A stretch of 64,000 nt of DNA from Turneriella sp. (GTDB lineage Bacteria > Spirochaetota > Leptospiria > Turneriellales > Turneriellaceae). The notes beneath the pieces were generated by a model. The model searched no databases. It saw only the letters and a list, made by a program, of their open reading frames with translations, and was not told the DNA's origin. The stretch is taken from assembly GCA_965279515.1 (NCBI GenBank), contig CBDIID010000003.1, positions 2,272,001 to 2,336,000 of the forward strand, read 5' to 3'. The stretch's first letter is position 1. Each line of letters begins with the position of its first letter. Shown one piece after another: positions 1-8,939 of this stretch. The position numbers were made by a program, and so were the translations under genes.

Positions 1-605
1 TCTATGCGCTTTTCCAGAATAAAAAACCCGAGAGCTCGGTGCTCTATCCCACACGACTCCCAAATCTTTTTGTGATTCCTTCGAACCTGCACCTGGTCGA
101 AGTCGAATCACAGCTCACAGGGGCCATCGACGGCTTCTTTCGTCTCAACGACGCGCTGCAGATTCTGCGGCACGAGTTTGACTTCATTCTGCTCGATTGC
201 CCGCCCTCGCTCTCTGTCATCACCATCAACGCGATGGTCTCGGCAGATTTTCTGCTGATCCCCCTGCAGATCTCCAAATTCTCGATCGACGGCATCCAGA
301 ATATCCGCGATGCGGTAACCACGGTGAACCGCCGCTACAACGCACACCTCAAGATCGCCGGCGGATGCCTGACCCTGCACGACGGGCGCACGACCCTGTC
401 GCAGGCGATGATTCCCGAAGTGGAGAAGATCCTGCCGATTCTGAAAACGACTATCCCCCGCTCGGTCGCCGTTGAAGAAGCCCACCTGATGCGGCAGGAT
501 ATCTTCGATTACGCGCCTGATAACAAGGTCGCTGTTGCCTATAACGACCTGGCCGACGAACTTGCCGGCGTCTTTGCGGCCCATGCCGCGGGTGCCGCGC
601 CATGA
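1..605 (+). CDS. parA: ParA/Soj family ATPase, 5' end outside window
   Basis: Motifs FDFILLDCPPSL, NAMVSADFLLIPLQ, IPRSVAVEEA; reading frame is open from the window start. Confidence 0.85.
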   Translation, partial: YALFQNKKPESSVLYPTRLPNLFVIPSNLHLVEVESQLTGAIDGFFRLNDALQILRHEFDFILLDCPPSLSVITINAMVSADFLLIPLQISKFSIDGIQNIRDAVTTVNRRYNAHLKIAGGCLTLHDGRTTLSQAMIPEVEKILPILKTTIPRSVAVEEAHLMRQDIFDYAPDNKVAVAYNDLADELAGVFAAHAAGAAP

Positions 606-1381
606 AAAAGAACAAAAAAGATCTGTTCCGCAAGGCCGTAGCCGATAACCTGAGTGAAAACCAGGAAGAGAATTCCGAACTCGGCGATTTTGTCAGTGAC
701 ATGAAGCGTTCGCGTGACGACATCCATGCCTCCGCGAACCTCGGTGCCTCCGTGCACCACGGTTCGCGCGCCGACAACCCCGGCGAAGCGGCCGAAAAAG
801 AAACCGGCGAAAACAAAAATGACTTGCCGGAACAAAAAGAAGAAAAAAGAACCGGCTCAGCTATGGAAAGCCGTCTCAAAAGACTCACATCGGGTTCCGG
901 AGGACCGGTTCAACCCGCGGCATTTGCCGACGACGATGAACCGCCCCGCTGGCGTAAAGCGGCCCTATACGGCGTCGCCGCCTTCCTTGTACTCAGCCTG
1001 TTATACTGGGCCATCTTTTCTCCGGGGCAAAAACCCACAATCTACCTGTCTAACGCAGTGATCGAAGAAAACAACGCACGAAACCTCAGCACCGCGAATC
1101 TCGTGTTTCCCCGCAACAAGACCCTTTACCTGTTTTTCTCCAGCGGGGGCCGCCTGGGGCAAGATAAGCTCGTCACAAAACTTACCGAAGTCTATGCCGA
1201 TTCGAGCAACATGATGAAAGAAGAGAGTGTCGCGCAGATCGAAGGCAGTGTGAAATCGAACTGGCGCTACTTTACGACCCAGTTCCAGAAAGAAAACTTT
1301 GATCATACCGGCAGATTCCGCATCCATGTCCTTTCGCCTAATGGTGAAGTGCTCGCTTCGCAGGAATTCCGCATCCAGTAG
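602..1381 (+). CDS. Hypothetical single-pass membrane protein
   Basis: Charged low-complexity N-terminus, one hydrophobic helix (ALYGVAAFLVLSLLYWAIF), beta-rich C-terminus; 4-bp overlap with parA. Confidence 0.75.
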   Translation: MKKNKKDLFRKAVADNLSENQEENSELGDFVSDMKRSRDDIHASANLGASVHHGSRADNPGEAAEKETGENKNDLPEQKEEKRTGSAMESRLKRLTSGSGGPVQPAAFADDDEPPRWRKAALYGVAAFLVLSLLYWAIFSPGQKPTIYLSNAVIEENNARNLSTANLVFPRNKTLYLFFSSGGRLGQDKLVTKLTEVYADSSNMMKEESVAQIEGSVKSNWRYFTTQFQKENFDHTGRFRIHVLSPNGEVLASQEFRIQ

Positions 1382-4300
1382 GTGAAAGCATTGCACCGAC
1401 TTGCTATCGTTTTAGCCGGTGCCTTGATTGCGGCGCATTGCTCGGGTGCGAACGTGCGCGACGACGCGCACTTTAGTTACGAGAACATCTATCAAGACCG
1501 CTACCAGCGCGGTAACGGTGGTATTATTCCGATCACGCTGGAGCGCGGCGAATCATACAGCGGGTCGATCACGCGCGACCAGAAATATCTCTACTTCTCT
1601 TCAAACACATCGGGTAATTACGATATTTACCTGCGCGACCTTTCCGACGTATTTTCGATTCCGGTCGTCACGACGGTAACAAACCAGCGCGAGCCATCGA
1701 TCAGCCCCGACGGCAAGTACCTTGTCTATGTCGACGACGAACTCGATCCCGACGGCGATATTATTCTGCTCAAGGTGAGCCCGAAAAAACTCATCGAGCT
1801 CTACCGCGACCGGGAGCAACCCGGCGACGAATGGTTTGCCTCGCGCGCAAAAAATCTCACGAACAGCGAAAAGAACCGCATCCGCGCACGCGACGCCAAC
1901 CCAACTTGGTCGCCCGACGGAAAATGGATCGCCTACAGTTCTGACCTGGTCGCGCTGAAACAGGATGACCTCGGTGCGGGCGCCGGTGCGATACAAAATA
2001 TCTGGATCATGCCCGCATCGAGCCCCGAAGAGAAAAGACAGCTCACGACGAAAGGCGGCGTGATGCCGTCTTTTTCCCCGGACGGGAAACGCATCGTCTA
2101 TATCTCGTACGAAGATGAAAAATCTTCGGGCGCAGTTTACGAAGTCGAGGTTGCCACAGGAAAAACACGGCGCATCACCTCAGGCAAAAGCATGGATTTT
2201 TATCCAAGTTATACGCCCGATATGGACGGGATTATTCTGACACGGATCGCGGCAGATACTAACGGCGACGGCCAAATCGACCGTAAGGATGCGGGACAGA
2301 TTATTCGTATCGAACCCGACGACCTCGATACCGACGCACCGCTCGACTCGCTCGACAGGGGTTTTGTCGAAGACCACGAACACGTCGCACTCACCGCAGA
2401 TACAGACCATGTCTTTGATTCGCGGGTGAGCAATTTTATCGGCGGCAGTGTGATTCTGGCCCAGCTTAAGGGCGAAGACGTCAACGTCGGCTTTATTCCG
2501 TTATCAGGGGCAATCCCCGTGAAACCTGATGTGCGGCAACAGCAGGCCTACCTGTTTGAACAGATGAAAAAAGCCAAAAACAAGGCCCGCCCCTGCCTGG
2601 GCCTTGAACAATTGCCCAGTGCCTTTGAAAAATCACCTGACATCGAAATCTACCAGGCGCTGAGCCGTATGCGGCAAGCCGCGTGCGATACAAATGAGGC
2701 CGCAGAACTCAGGGAATTCATCGCCGATGTGACGTATGAAGAGCAGGTTGTTTACCGCCTGTTAAACGACCTCTCGGCAATCTCGGCGGATTATGCGGAT
2801 TTAAAGGGTATCGTGCGCCTTGCTGCCCTTGCCGAAACAGGCAACGTGCAGGAATACTTCGAAAAAATAACCAGCGACAAAAAAATCTGGAATGAATACC
2901 GCGATGGGGATCCCGGGGACAAAGAAGATTATCGCGCGATCTTCTCCTTCATCCGCCATGAACAGGCAAAATATTTTATCCGCCAGGGTAAACACAAAGA
3001 TGCGGTAGAAGTTATCCGCAAGGTTATCCGCTTCAATGTGGATTACCTGGGCCTCGACGAATTGCTGCTCGGGAACGGAAGCATCGATTCCGCGTCGCTG
3101 CCTGCCTCTGAAATTGTTTATCTGCTCGCCGATACACCCGATCCGGCGCTGATACCGGATTATTTTTCGGGCCTCAAGAACACCGCCATCAAAGTCAGGC
3201 CGCATGTGCGCAGACAGGCCGAAAGATTTCTCGCCGATTTCTTCAGAAAACAATTTGCAGCCGGCAGCGAAGCCGCGCAGAAACAATTTCTTGCCGCATA
3301 CCCCGAGAAAAATCACCGGACCATGCACGCACTTTATTCTGTAGCCTCGGCACGCAGCGCTGTAAAAAAAGAGCTTCTCGATGAAGCGGCGGCCGCTTCG
3401 GCGCGCGCGCAGGCATTGGCTCCGGCGGGCTCGCTCATCCACTATGATGCAGAAATCGTGCGCGGCAAAATCGAAGAAGTCCGCAACGGCGCCGACGGGG
3501 CAATGCGCGTCTATGCCGCAGCGGTGGGGGCCTTCCGCGATACCGAGATACCGGCGAGCGCGAAGAACATTATCGCAAAACTCACGCGTTACCACGAAGA
3601 GCGCGCCGAACGTTTCCGCGGAGAACAAAATGACCGCGCGGCGGCGGGCGAGTACCAGGCGCTGCTCGATCTCTATTTGTCTGCGCATGCGAACAAACTG
3701 ACAAAAGAGATCGCGGCGGGGGAGCTCCTGGATAGTGCCCTCAATCTCGACCAGGTGGCGCTGCGCGCGGCGGGTGACGACGGCGACGAGAAGCTGCTCG
3801 ATGAAATCATGAATTTCTATGATTCGCGCATTGACATCGCGCGGCGTTACCTCGTGAGCGAGTTTATTTTCGGGCGCGGTTTTTTACGCGCACAACTCGG
3901 CATCAAACGCCACCTGGCAGCGGAAGCCGATGGCCTCACCAAATCTGAGAAGAAAAAAGTCTTTGAACACTTTCGTAAGGCAGAGGTTGACCTCAATTGG
4001 TGTTTTTTTGCGAACGCACGCTTCGCCGACGCCTACATCATGCTGGGGTGGATGTACCAGTTCATCGACGAAAAACGCGAAGTCGTATTGGAGCCGAGTT
4101 CGGGAAAAAGAGACCGCGAGGTATTCGAGTCGCTCTATAAGTCGTTCTTCCCGGATTATCTTTTTGAAAAGAACATCCGCCTTTACCAGAAAACGCTCGC
4201 ACTCTTTGGCAAATCCGGTTCGCCGCGTATCAAGAACAGCTTCCATCTCAACATCGCGAATAACTATTTCCTCCTTAATAATTACAGCCAGGCCGAAGAA

Positions 4301-7300
4301 CATTACGCTGCCATTCTCGATAAAAATGGCAATCCCGATTTCCAGTTTGAAAACCCTGAACAGGAAATGATGTTTTATTATCATTTCGGCCGAACGCTGT
4401 ATTTTTCGGGTAAGAACGACGTAGCGGCACGCTACCTGAAGTATGTTGAGAACAACCTGAATTCACGCTATCCCATTGCCGGGGTACCCGCCGACGTGCA
4501 GAAACTCAATCAAGGGAGGAGGGAGATCGCCTATAAGACTTTCGCCCTCAACAGCGAGTATTCGCAGAATGTTCCGATGGCGATCCAGTACCACCAGACC
4601 ATTCTCGCCGAAGCCAAGGCCGTCGCCGCCGAAACCCCCGTATCGATGTCGCAGCTCGAACTGGCACGACTTTTTCTCAGGCAGGGCGATCTCGCCGCCG
4701 CGCTCAGGCATACCAACCGGGCAGAAAAAGCGCTGGAAAAAGAAAAAGAAATTCCGATTCCAAAGTTTAAGCTCCGCCTCAAATGGTTCTGGATCTACGA
4801 GCCGTGGACAACGGTGGTCGGTTGGCTTTACAAACTTTCGTATGACGATGTCTACATCGGTGAAAATCATCTTGCCTTCGAATTACCCACGGTGAACCGC
4901 TACCAGCTACTCTACTCCATCCGCGCCGATGTTTACAAACAGAAGGGCCTCATCCAGGACGCCTCGGAAGCACTGGCGAAACTTGTCGAATACGCCGAGA
5001 AAGACAAAACGACACACGGCAAAGAAACTCTGAGCGCTGCTGTAAGCCGGCGCGGCGAGCTGGAGTTCCAGCTCAAGAACTGGGATAATGCCATGGCGCT
5101 GTACCAGACTGCGCTCAAGCAGGCGGAAAAAGACGCGAATGCTACAGCCGCGCTGACCTTCCGCAAAAACATCCACCTCTGTAAGCTGCGCAAACTCGAA
5201 ACCGAGAACCAAACGCTGGCCGATAAAATCAAGACCGCGCAAAAAAACAGCGAAGAAGTTGCGGAATTTGAGAAAGATAAAATTGAAGAGCGGCTCAAAG
5301 CCGTACGCAAAGCGATCAAAGAAAAGGATGATCCCGAGAAAAAAGACATTTCTCCCGAAGGCGTCATCAAAGTCACACAGAAAGTCCAGGCTGAAATCCA
5401 GCCGATTCTTTTCTTTAAAGGTCTGAGCCTGGCGCATGAAGCCGAGCTCGCCGACTTCAAAGACCGCTTTGAAGCAAAAGACGAAACATTCGATCAATAC
5501 CTGGCTCATAAAAAAGCAGGGTTCGATAAATTCCGGCAGGCGCTGAAATACTTCAGAGGCTTTACAAAAGAAAGTTTTCCGGAAGTCGACCCGGTATTCG
5601 AACCCGATCTGAAAAATAACAGTCTCAGGATTAAACTGGCGATGAACCGCGCCAAGGTTCTGCAGGAAATGAATCTCGTCGACGAATCCATCGCCGAGCT
5701 CAAGGAGATCCAGGAACGCAGCCAGGAGTTCCGCGCCGATCTTGAATATGCCATCGCCACTTACCGCGTATACCGGGTCTATGAAGAGGCTGAGCTCGAA
5801 GAGAAAGTCAACCTGACACAATACCGTAACCTGATCCGCTTTTTTATGCGCAACCAGAACTTCATGCGCGCCAACACGGATCTCTTTGAAAGAATCTGTA
5901 ATATCATCACAGACCGGGCCCTGAAAAAACGAAACTTCGCCGAGGCTATCCTCACGGAAGATCTGCGGCGGCAACTCACGGGAATACAAATGTACCTCGA
6001 TGATCTGAAACTCTATGGACCCAAGGAAGAGCAATTTTCGAAGCTCCTGATCCTGGAACAGAAACGGTATACGCTCTCGAACCGCATCCGCGCGGGACGT
6101 CTTGCCCGCCAGAGTGTGCAGACTCTGGAAAAAGAGCTTTTCGACGCTGACTCTGAAGCCGAATCCCTGAAACGCCGGCTGCGGCAACCAGATCGGCTCG
6201 ATTACCGCTACGATACATTTTTCAGCGACGGTTACTCCGAAGCTGAACTTGCGCGTATTGCCCGCTACGGCGTCATCTATGCCCTGAGGCCGCGCGACGA
6301 CCTGATGTTTGTTTATGTGAAATCTGAAGGCGGAAAACGCGGCGGCTTCCGTTATGAAGTTTCTGTACCCGTGGAAGGCCAAAGCGATATTCAGGAACTC
6401 GAGGCCTTTGCCGCAAAAACACGTGCACGCGTTTTGATTTTAGCGCCGCAAATTCTCGCCGACGCTCTCAAGAGCGAGAAATTAAAACCGCTGGCGATGC
6501 AAACCACCGCGCGGGCGGCGATCAACTTTGCCGACAACCCCGACCGCGCCAAACGCAGCCTCGTGCAACTCGTCAAGAGTGGAACGTTCTTCGGCCTTGC
6601 CGGCAAGAACGAAATCACGTACAATCTGCCTCAATCCGTCGAGCGCGTGAAAAAGGCCTCTGAAATCAACGCCCTGACGATTCACCGCAACGTCGTCGAT
6701 TACGAAGCTGAACTCGTGCGCAAGACTGTGGTTACAGACAACGCCCCGATCACGCCCTCAGCGATGTTTGCATTGAAGAGCAATCCCAACTACGCGCTGG
6801 CATCATGGTCATCACGCGATAAGATCGGCAAAGGCGATGAATTCCGTTACGCAACCTCCATCGACCTGTATTTTTCCGCGATGGGTGCAGGGCAGGTATT
6901 ACATACCCTTGCGCCCCGTAAAACCGCACAAGGCGCTATCGAGACATTTCTGAGTTCCGGGGAGATCACGCCGGGAACCATGCTTACCGGAAATGCGCAT
7001 TTTATCGAAAGTGAAGAAGCCGAGCGGAAACTCATGGCTTCGCAACGCGCCTCGTACCAGGCAAAGGTCACGGCTGCCCGAAAATTGCGCGAGTACACCG
7101 AAGCCGCCTCTTATGCCGAAGACGCCCTCTCGCTGTTCCCCACGGACGTAAATTTGCACCTAACGGCGGCGGAACTTCACATGATGCAGGGAGTCAATGG
7201 TGCGGCGGCACGGCATATCGCGGCAGCGCACATTACTCAGGCATCACCCCTGAAAGACCGGAAAAATTATGCAAAACTTTTACTGCGCTCCGGCTCACAT

Positions 7301-8938
7301 GACGAAGCAGAGCGCTTTATCTCCGCAAATGCTGATGTGAAGTCGGCTCTGGCAGGCGAAACAGCCGAGAGTGAGAGCCTCGTGCAGCTGGCCGCTTTCG
7401 TCAGTGGCGACCTGTCGCGGCTCAATCAATCTTTTCCTTGGGAAACCAAGGCAGGCGGTTCGCACGCTGATCTTAAAAACAAACTCTCCGCAAATCTGAA
7501 AAATGAAGAACTCAAGAATGAGATCTGTAGCGCGGCGACCGATGCGCTGGAATATGCGCTGGTGCTGCGTGCCTGTATTGAAAATAAAAACGCCGACGAA
7601 ACGGAAAGGGCCGACCGCCGGCAGATCAAAGCCTGGTTTGCCGGCTCTAAGTCTGAACTCAAAGACCTGACGCGGCCCGAAGACACGGATTTTTTCCATG
7701 CGATTTCACTGATGCAAGCGGGTTTTGTCGCCGACGCACTCTTCTATTCGAAGAAACACCTGGCACCGGTAACTCTGTCGGTATCGGAAAACCTTCTCGC
7801 CTTCACCTTGCTGCGCGTTCTTGCCCAACGCCGCACGAGTGAAAGCGACGCGCAGGGCATTGCCCGTCTGCTCAGCGAGTACGGCGCCGCGGCAGTCCCA
7901 AAAGCACCGAATGCACAAGTGCAGGCATTTTATACCCTGCTCTCGCGCAGCGCCAGCGTCTATGCGACCGGTGTCGCAGCGCTGGCCGATATCGCGCCCC
8001 GCGATGCGGGTCAGTGGACATCGGGTGTCCATTCCGCCTTCAACCAGCTTTATCTGACCGGTATCTCTGTAAATCCCCAGGGCAATACAATCGCAGCGGC
8101 AACCGCAACGGGATTTCCCGCGGATACGCTCGTCGATGCGAATCTTAAATCCTACGCCGAAACCGACCGGGGTTACTCCCCCACCATAGACTGCACCCGC
8201 GTTAACTGCGCATTGCTTATCAAACGTCATATCGCGCGCGGCGAGAACACGGCGGGGCTGAACCTGCTGCTGAGAAATCAGGGCGAACCGGGAACAAACA
8301 CGAAACGCCTGGCGGCAGGATCTTTTGGTTACAGTGAAATCTTTACTGATGAAATTTACGAATGGTACAGCGACGGAACGAACGTGCAGTTCCAGCGTTT
8401 GCCGGCATTTGACGAAAAATCGCTCGTGACCGTGCGACCCGGGCGGCGCTACCTGGCGTACACGCCCAAACGCAATCTCTTCGCACGGCACAAGATTCAG
8501 CCGCCGCGCGAAGCCGTGCTCGTCGATATTTCGAGTAGCCCTGGCGCCACGACGGAAGTCCCCGAATCACTGAGTTTCGCTGCCCCGGAGCCAACGGCAC
8601 TCTACTCGGCACTTTACTCGGAATGGGGTTCGGGAAAAAAAACGGGCAAGTCTGCTTTTATACAAATCAAGCCGCCTTACCACGGCGCCGCAGGTGCCCT
8701 CAACATCTATTCCGAGCCGGTCGAGCTCGATAATCTGCCGCGCCTGAAGCCCGCAGCCTATCACCTGTTCTGCGCGCAGGGGGAATCTTACAATAATTTC
8801 GCGGCCTTTGCCCAGACAATGGTGCGCAATATGGCAGAACAGAAAATGCCGGTAGAAACCGCATATGAGGCCGCGTTTAAAACACTCAAGGGAAAGCAAG
8901 CCTCGACGCGGCCGCTCTATTATTTATACCGGAACTGA
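1382..8938 (+). CDS. Giant putative lipoprotein with TolB-like PD40 beta-propeller and long TPR-like helical region
   Basis: 2518-aa ORF; signal ending LIAAHC; repeats EPSISPDGKYLVY, NPTWSPDGKWIAYSS, MPSFSPDGKRIVYIS; Ca-loop-like DTNGDGQIDRKD; TPR-like segments. Confidence 0.85.
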   Translation: MKALHRLAIVLAGALIAAHCSGANVRDDAHFSYENIYQDRYQRGNGGIIPITLERGESYSGSITRDQKYLYFSSNTSGNYDIYLRDLSDVFSIPVVTTVTNQREPSISPDGKYLVYVDDELDPDGDIILLKVSPKKLIELYRDREQPGDEWFASRAKNLTNSEKNRIRARDANPTWSPDGKWIAYSSDLVALKQDDLGAGAGAIQNIWIMPASSPEEKRQLTTKGGVMPSFSPDGKRIVYISYEDEKSSGAVYEVEVATGKTRRITSGKSMDFYPSYTPDMDGIILTRIAADTNGDGQIDRKDAGQIIRIEPDDLDTDAPLDSLDRGFVEDHEHVALTADTDHVFDSRVSNFIGGSVILAQLKGEDVNVGFIPLSGAIPVKPDVRQQQAYLFEQMKKAKNKARPCLGLEQLPSAFEKSPDIEIYQALSRMRQAACDTNEAAELREFIADVTYEEQVVYRLLNDLSAISADYADLKGIVRLAALAETGNVQEYFEKITSDKKIWNEYRDGDPGDKEDYRAIFSFIRHEQAKYFIRQGKHKDAVEVIRKVIRFNVDYLGLDELLLGNGSIDSASLPASEIVYLLADTPDPALIPDYFSGLKNTAIKVRPHVRRQAERFLADFFRKQFAAGSEAAQKQFLAAYPEKNHRTMHALYSVASARSAVKKELLDEAAAASARAQALAPAGSLIHYDAEIVRGKIEEVRNGADGAMRVYAAAVGAFRDTEIPASAKNIIAKLTRYHEERAERFRGEQNDRAAAGEYQALLDLYLSAHANKLTKEIAAGELLDSALNLDQVALRAAGDDGDEKLLDEIMNFYDSRIDIARRYLVSEFIFGRGFLRAQLGIKRHLAAEADGLTKSEKKKVFEHFRKAEVDLNWCFFANARFADAYIMLGWMYQFIDEKREVVLEPSSGKRDREVFESLYKSFFPDYLFEKNIRLYQKTLALFGKSGSPRIKNSFHLNIANNYFLLNNYSQAEEHYAAILDKNGNPDFQFENPEQEMMFYYHFGRTLYFSGKNDVAARYLKYVENNLNSRYPIAGVPADVQKLNQGRREIAYKTFALNSEYSQNVPMAIQYHQTILAEAKAVAAETPVSMSQLELARLFLRQGDLAAALRHTNRAEKALEKEKEIPIPKFKLRLKWFWIYEPWTTVVGWLYKLSYDDVYIGENHLAFELPTVNRYQLLYSIRADVYKQKGLIQDASEALAKLVEYAEKDKTTHGKETLSAAVSRRGELEFQLKNWDNAMALYQTALKQAEKDANATAALTFRKNIHLCKLRKLETENQTLADKIKTAQKNSEEVAEFEKDKIEERLKAVRKAIKEKDDPEKKDISPEGVIKVTQKVQAEIQPILFFKGLSLAHEAELADFKDRFEAKDETFDQYLAHKKAGFDKFRQALKYFRGFTKESFPEVDPVFEPDLKNNSLRIKLAMNRAKVLQEMNLVDESIAELKEIQERSQEFRADLEYAIATYRVYRVYEEAELEEKVNLTQYRNLIRFFMRNQNFMRANTDLFERICNIITDRALKKRNFAEAILTEDLRRQLTGIQMYLDDLKLYGPKEEQFSKLLILEQKRYTLSNRIRAGRLARQSVQTLEKELFDADSEAESLKRRLRQPDRLDYRYDTFFSDGYSEAELARIARYGVIYALRPRDDLMFVYVKSEGGKRGGFRYEVSVPVEGQSDIQELEAFAAKTRARVLILAPQILADALKSEKLKPLAMQTTARAAINFADNPDRAKRSLVQLVKSGTFFGLAGKNEITYNLPQSVERVKKASEINALTIHRNVVDYEAELVRKTVVTDNAPITPSAMFALKSNPNYALASWSSRDKIGKGDEFRYATSIDLYFSAMGAGQVLHTLAPRKTAQGAIETFLSSGEITPGTMLTGNAHFIESEEAERKLMASQRASYQAKVTAARKLREYTEAASYAEDALSLFPTDVNLHLTAAELHMMQGVNGAAARHIAAAHITQASPLKDRKNYAKLLLRSGSHDEAERFISANADVKSALAGETAESESLVQLAAFVSGDLSRLNQSFPWETKAGGSHADLKNKLSANLKNEELKNEICSAATDALEYALVLRACIENKNADETERADRRQIKAWFAGSKSELKDLTRPEDTDFFHAISLMQAGFVADALFYSKKHLAPVTLSVSENLLAFTLLRVLAQRRTSESDAQGIARLLSEYGAAAVPKAPNAQVQAFYTLLSRSASVYATGVAALADIAPRDAGQWTSGVHSAFNQLYLTGISVNPQGNTIAAATATGFPADTLVDANLKSYAETDRGYSPTIDCTRVNCALLIKRHIARGENTAGLNLLLRNQGEPGTNTKRLAAGSFGYSEIFTDEIYEWYSDGTNVQFQRLPAFDEKSLVTVRPGRRYLAYTPKRNLFARHKIQPPREAVLVDISSSPGATTEVPESLSFAAPEPTALYSALYSEWGSGKKTGKSAFIQIKPPYHGAAGALNIYSEPVELDNLPRLKPAAYHLFCAQGESYNNFAAFAQTMVRNMAEQKMPVETAYEAAFKTLKGKQASTRPLYYLYRN

Positions 8939-8939
8939 A

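Noticed and set aside
4907..6382. 491-aa antisense ORF, and similar ones at 15326-16381, 52126-53388 and 21917-22780
   Set aside because: They lie opposite well-supported genes and have no motifs; typical shadow ORFs of GC-rich codon usage
8865..8939. Longer N-terminal extensions in the ORF track (also 34664, 40328, 41879, 48757, 55534, 59751)
   Set aside because: They overlap upstream genes or the tRNA; downstream ATGs give operon-like spacing
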